Source: Amoebidium appalachense (taxonomy: Eukaryota; Protista; Ichthyosporea). From it: a stretch of DNA of 64,000 nt. The notes under the pieces were generated by a model that was not told the DNA's origin, did not search any database, and saw only the letters and a list, made by a program, of their open reading frames with translations. The translations under genes and the position numbers were made by a program. The stretch lies in contig CAVNZM010000016.1 of the NCBI GenBank assembly GCA_963693365.1, positions 2,529,984 to 2,593,983 of the forward strand, written 5' to 3'. Every line of letters starts with the position of its first letter. The stretch's first letter is position 1. This document shows positions 52,751 through 64,000 of this stretch, one piece after another.

Positions 52751-53304
52751 ACACACACACACCTCTTCACGCACACCTCCCCCCTCCCCCCCCTCCCCCC
52801 CACACACAAAACACACGCACCTGTATCTCAGCATGCAACTCCTCTTACTCTCCACCACGGCCGTCCTATCCTCACTCTCCAACCTCACACTGACCATAAA
52901 CATGCCATACTCCTGGTTCACCACCGAGTCTGGCACGTCAAACGTGAGACTGATGTCGTATGCTTGGCCTGAACGGAGAAGACGGGTGTATCCCTTTTCG
53001 ATGAGTGGCATGGTGGATACGGGGAGGGTCGGCTGTGGAAGAAGGGGGGGTGGGGGGGGGGGGGTGCATTTGTGGTCAGTGTGTGTGTGTGCGTGTGTGT
53101 GTGGGAGGGGGGAGAGGGAGTAGGGGGAGGGAGGGGAGAAGGGTGAGGGAGGGTTAGAATGTGTTATAGAGTACGATATACACATTCATAAAGAACAACA
53201 TAATGCAGAGTGCAAGGGGGGGAAGGGCAGGGAGGGGAAGGGGGGACGGGGCTGGGCGGCGGCGGGGGGGGGGGGGGGGGGGGGGGGGGGCTTTGTGTGC
53301 GTGT

Positions 53305-53339
<35 letters not shown>

Positions 53340-55522
53340 TGGGTATGCATTCATGACAACATGGTCGTGTGCGTGTGTGTTCGTGTGTGTGCGGATATGC
53401 ATATGCAAAAAATCCTTCGCAAATCAGAAAGAGCATTGATTTGGAAAGCCATGTGACGGAGCACAACAGAGCACACCAACTTGTAAGCCAGCAAGGATTA
53501 GGGCCCCCCCCGGGGGGGGGGGGGGGGGGGGGGGGGGGAGGGTGACGTTTTCCACTACACAAGACGCACCTAAAACACGCTGCTAAAAATCAACGAGATG
53601 AGAAAAGGAACATCAGAACATGCAAAGGAGGCCCTACGTAAACACAGCCCATCTTCCCGTGCATGGGAGTGGGGGGGGGGGGGGGGGGGGGGGGGGGGTT
53701 TGAATGCGTCAAAAAGTACGAAGTACACAAGAACAAACGGATAACACGATGCAGAATGCAAGCCATACATAAAGAGTATGCATAATAAGCAGAGCCCATC
53801 CTCAGGGGGGGCCTACGTCATCCACAGTACCCGAGTTTCGACCTATTCACCTCGTTAACGAAACCCAACTCAGATACTGTTTCACTTGAACATGGGTAGG
53901 TCACCCGTCTTGTTCAGAGACGAGCAGGGTTGCTTATGCAGGCAAGGGCAGTGGGAAAGGCCGGGCCGGGGGTTAAAGTTGCAGCAGTAAGCAGAAGCAA
54001 GAAAAATATAGATAGGAACTCAGGAGACGGGGCTTCTAGGAAGCTCCCCCGTCGATACCTAAGTCGATACTTCCCTGGCTAACATACTACACCAGCTGAA
54101 AAGAATTAAGTCCCGAAGGCCGCAGGATTCGCAATCAGAGGGGAAAATATGTGGGGGGGGGGGGGGGGGGGGGGAGGGGGGGGAGGGGGAGTTTACATTG
54201 CAAGGGTGCAAAGTGGGGGGAATGGGGAGAGGGGGGGGGGGGGGGGGGGGGGGGGATTGAATGCGGAACACGGTACGAAGTACACATACACGATGAGAAG
54301 CATGGTGCAGGACACATGCAAAGGCAAACATTAAAGTATGCAATATCAGCAATGCGCACAGTATGCGTCATAAGCAGAGCCCATCATCAGGGAGGGCCCA
54401 AGGGCAGAGGAGTGGGGATGATAAGGTACTGCTATAAGCCATCAGGTGTTGTGAAGAGAATTATGGTTGATGGTTGACTTTTGCAAGAAGAAAGGAATGA
54501 AGGTGGGTAGAGGGAGGGAGGGGGCAGGGGAAGGGGGGGGAGGGGGGAGGGGGAGGAGTAGTGACGGGAGGCCTAGGCTTGCAGGGGTGGAGCAAAAGAG
54601 GGTAAACGGTGTTTTGTTTGTTGTTGTTATTTCTTTTTTTTCCTTTTCTTTTTTTTTTTCTCTTTTGTTTGGGGGGGGAAGGGGGAGGGGGGTTCGCTGG
54701 ATTATGGAACGTGAAGATTTGCTAAGATTCTCTCTAGCTAAACTAATATTTGAGACCTGCGAAGTGTTTTCTGTGTTCCTAAACATCCCCACCATACTCT
54801 TCTCCTCAATGGCCTGCTGGCCCACCTGACCCTCCACTCCTCCCCCCTCCCTCCCGCCCTCTCTCTCTTTCTTCCCCCCCCCCCCCCCCACCCTCCCCAC
54901 CCGAAACACACACTTCCCATAAAGGTTTTAAGTCAGGCACTCACAGGAACACAGTCCCTCCACGCCTTCTTGCTTTACTCCCGTCCCACCCCCGTAACAT
55001 CCTTCCCCCCCCCCCCCCCCCCCCACCCCCTCCCTCCTGGTCAACTCAAGTCAGTAAAACATACACTTAATTCCTTCGGCCGACTCCCCCTCTCCCTTTC
55101 CCCCGCCTTCCACGCACCCTTCACTCTCCCTTCCTCCTATTCTGCCCTCCTCTTTTACCATTACCCTAGTCAATTCACCAGCACCCAAAACAAACATCTA
55201 ACCAGTCAGTGCATCTCCATGAACCCACCTTCTCGACAAAGGCTGTTGTGTTGGGCAGCCCAAAGTCCATGTGCACGGGTTTTATGTGCTGTGCGGCAGG
55301 GAGATACAGCCACCTAAAACCAAGGTAGAGACCCAGTGATGTAGTGAACATGATCCAGCAGAGGATGCCCACAACTATGAGTCTTACAAGCAGCCAGGCT
55401 CCCCTTTCCGTTGCTATTGCCAACCCCTTTCCAAGCTTTTCAGTTGCTGTGTCAACGTAGGCGGAGAGCCATTCCCCCCATTCTTGCACGAGGGATTTCC
55501 CTCGGCCGACCAATGCATCCAT
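47988..55522 (-). CDS. BSCL2: Seipin (lipid droplet assembly factor). Exons: 55522-55229, 54825-54757, 53032-52821, 51049-50884, 49992-49837, then 48501 to a stop at 48013 as assembled, or at 47988 if a G-run frameshift is corrected
   Basis: TM1 followed by WLYLPAAQHIKPVHMDF; LLRSGQAYDISLTFDVPDSVVNQEYGMFMV; RSCMLRYRSWLLRTL; GFMEEKQTLRV; VQMYGATLHFDAHFTGLRAFLYWYP; TM2. Matched to recalled human seipin; exon phases are consistent. Confidence 0.93.
48995..49540 (-). repeat. Degenerate units of the GATGGGCT/poly-C repeat family in the last seipin intron
   Basis: Minus strand reads GAAGATGGGCTTTACTTGTTATGCATTCTC...CTGCATTGTGTTGTC...TGTACT followed by a C run; two further decayed units at ~49280-49540. 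Confidence 0.55.
53699..54150 (-). mobile_element. Dispersed ~430-bp structured repeat, copy C, in a seipin intron (sense to the host transcript)
   Basis: Reverse complement is near-identical to copy B. Confidence 0.85.
54257..54402 (-). mobile_element. Hammerhead-motif repeat unit (subfamily shared with 23725-23870)
   Basis: Minus strand reads TTGGGCCCTCCCTGATGATGGGCTCTGCTTAT...GTACTTCGTACCGTGTTCCGCATTCAAT followed by poly-C. Confidence 0.8.
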
Positions 55523-56704
55523 GACTGCAAGCTAGTGCGGAGGGATGGGTCTCCGCAGAAGCAAAAATTGAAAACGGGAAAAAAGAAAAATAACGTCGTC
55601 AAAGACCACAACCTTTATTACGTGTGGTGGTAGGTATGTCTAACTATATGTATAAATGATGGTTTGGATGCTAGCGGACAGGTAAGGCTGGTGAAATTAG
55701 CGAAAGCTTATCGTTAGTTTCTGAAGCATCAAGACCGAACAGAAATGGTTGAACTCCAGGTCAGAACATGTGTGGCCGGTCCCGAGGTGTGAGCCATTAG
55801 AAAATCGCTTCCAGAAAAAACCAAAACACAACCGTTCAGAATTTTTCCCGCCCACTATATGGTCTACACTAAGCAGTCACAACGATGTGAACATGTTCAT
55901 ACAAGAGAGAGAAAACAAAACTGCAGAAAACTCAACAACTTGGAACCGTGATCATCGCATAATCGATAATACGTAACAAAGCGCTGACACGTTGACCTCT
56001 GATTGGCCGACAAAAGCTTCTCATATATGGCTATATATGTATTAGGGGTTTACGCTGTTTACTCGAGGCAAAGAGAACCAGTCTCAGGTATGGGGGGGGG
56101 GGGTAATATGTATTAGTACTAGAATACGATTGGTCCAAACGGCATCCAATTTGGCGCAAAATTCCAAATCCAGCCAATAACCTGATTGGCTGTAACGGCT
56201 CCAAAAAGTGGAACAGAAAGTGGAACACGAAGATCCACAATAATACGGCTGTGACTGGCCCGCCGTGCATGCTTTGCAGCAGCAAGACGTCACAAAATAA
56301 AATCATAATAAAGCCAATATTATATAATTATACCGAGGTAACACATGAGCTTTTTTATACTAAATGGCTTACTTTTAATGCAGCTTCTTCTTTGCAATAT
56401 TGCAGCATTTTCAATTTTCAAAGCCTCCAGGGGTACATACAATTGTTTTGGTGATAGATAAGTGTAGATAGCTAGGCTACTTCGCCCTGCTGTAACAGCC
56501 TATATTGCGCTATAGTAAGGTGCTTAGATGATAGGCATTCTATGTACTATGCCATAAATTTATTTTCAGCGTGTACAAAAAAACAAAGCCTTCTGTTACA
56601 GACCTTCTGTTTTACATTCAGGGAAGAAACTAGGACTGCTTCCGACAAAACAAACTTGTCTCCCGAACACGTTATAACAGAAAAACATAAAATCTTTTTC
56701 GAAG
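55523..56704. promoter_or_regulatory. Divergent (bidirectional) promoter region between seipin and the coiled-coil gene; contains 28-bp motif copy 3 (56045-56072)
   Basis: Head-to-head ATGs 1.18 kb apart; CCAAT/ATTGG boxes at ~56001, 56128, 56146, 56174, 56184, 56314; GACGTCA at ~56286. Confidence 0.6.
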
Positions 56705-63248
<6,544 letters not shown>

Positions 63249-63423
63249 GTATGCCAAAAGTCGAGTGTTTGCGATGACTCCCTGAAGATTTTTATATCCT
63301 TTTTTTTTTTATCTTTTTTTTTTTCTGTGTCACAGTGTTTTTTTTTGTCCCCCCCCCCCCCCCCCCCCCCCTCCCCCCCCCCTCTTTGTTGTTCTCTCAT
63401 TTCTTTGTTTTGTGTTCTGTTCC

Positions 63424-63456
<33 letters not shown>

Positions 63457-63775
63457 CGCCCTTTCCCTCCTCCCTTCCCTTTCTCTAATCTTTTATTTTA
63501 ACCCCCCTTCTTTTCCTTTTCCTTGTTTGTTTTATGCATGTGGTTGTGGAGGGAAAAATAATCGTTTACAACCCCCCCCCCCCCCCCCCCCCCCCCCCCT
63601 CTCCCCGCCCCCCGAGTATCGTCCCACCTCCCTTATGATTGTTCTGTTCAAAAATCCGCTCCTGCACATATTTTTCTGGTTTACGTTTCAATAGCTGTCC
63701 TTCCGTGCGTTTTGATTCTTTTCTTATCTACTAGCATTTTTGACCTCTTCTCTGCTTCCCATTACTACTGCATAC

Positions 63776-63807
<32 letters not shown>

Positions 63808-64000
63808 ACACACACACACTCCCACATCCCCCCCCTCCCACCCCCCCCCCCCCTGCCACACCCACACTCATATCCCCCCCCTCCCCTCCCCAAACACACA
63901 CACACACACATCCCTCCCCCCCCCACCCGTTCCACCGTCCACCCCTTCCCCCCCCCCCTCCCCCCCCCTTCCCCCCCCCCCACACACCCATATTAAGTGA

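Overview
Eukaryotic nuclear DNA. I infer a unicellular opisthokont or holozoan-like organism from animal-like PARN and seipin sitting next to a fungal-type Zn-cluster-like factor. Introns are packed with poly-C/poly-G and (CA)n/(GT)n/(GA)n tracts, which produce nearly all the long ORFs in the supplied track; these are artefacts. Manual GT-AG exon chaining gives: a 5'-truncated PARN gene (+, 451-14454); a single-exon Zn(II)-cluster-like transcription factor (+); a PP1 glycogen-targeting CBM21 protein (+, with a frameshift in a G5 run); seipin (-); a 3'-truncated coiled-coil single-pass membrane protein (+); two small single-exon orphan genes; and two lower-confidence micro-exon genes missing from the ORF track. 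Non-coding highlights: (1) many introns are built from mutually complementary simple-repeat halves, and many acceptors lack a U-rich pyrimidine tract; (2) an intron-resident repeat family carries hammerhead-ribozyme core motifs and poly-C tails, including a ~430-bp structured element in three copies with a U2-snRNA-like head; (3) decaying serial copies of splice junctions sit inside introns; (4) a 28-bp motif lies upstream of three unrelated genes; (5) several palindromic or foldback elements. All calls were made by eye, and homopolymer lengths may be unreliable.
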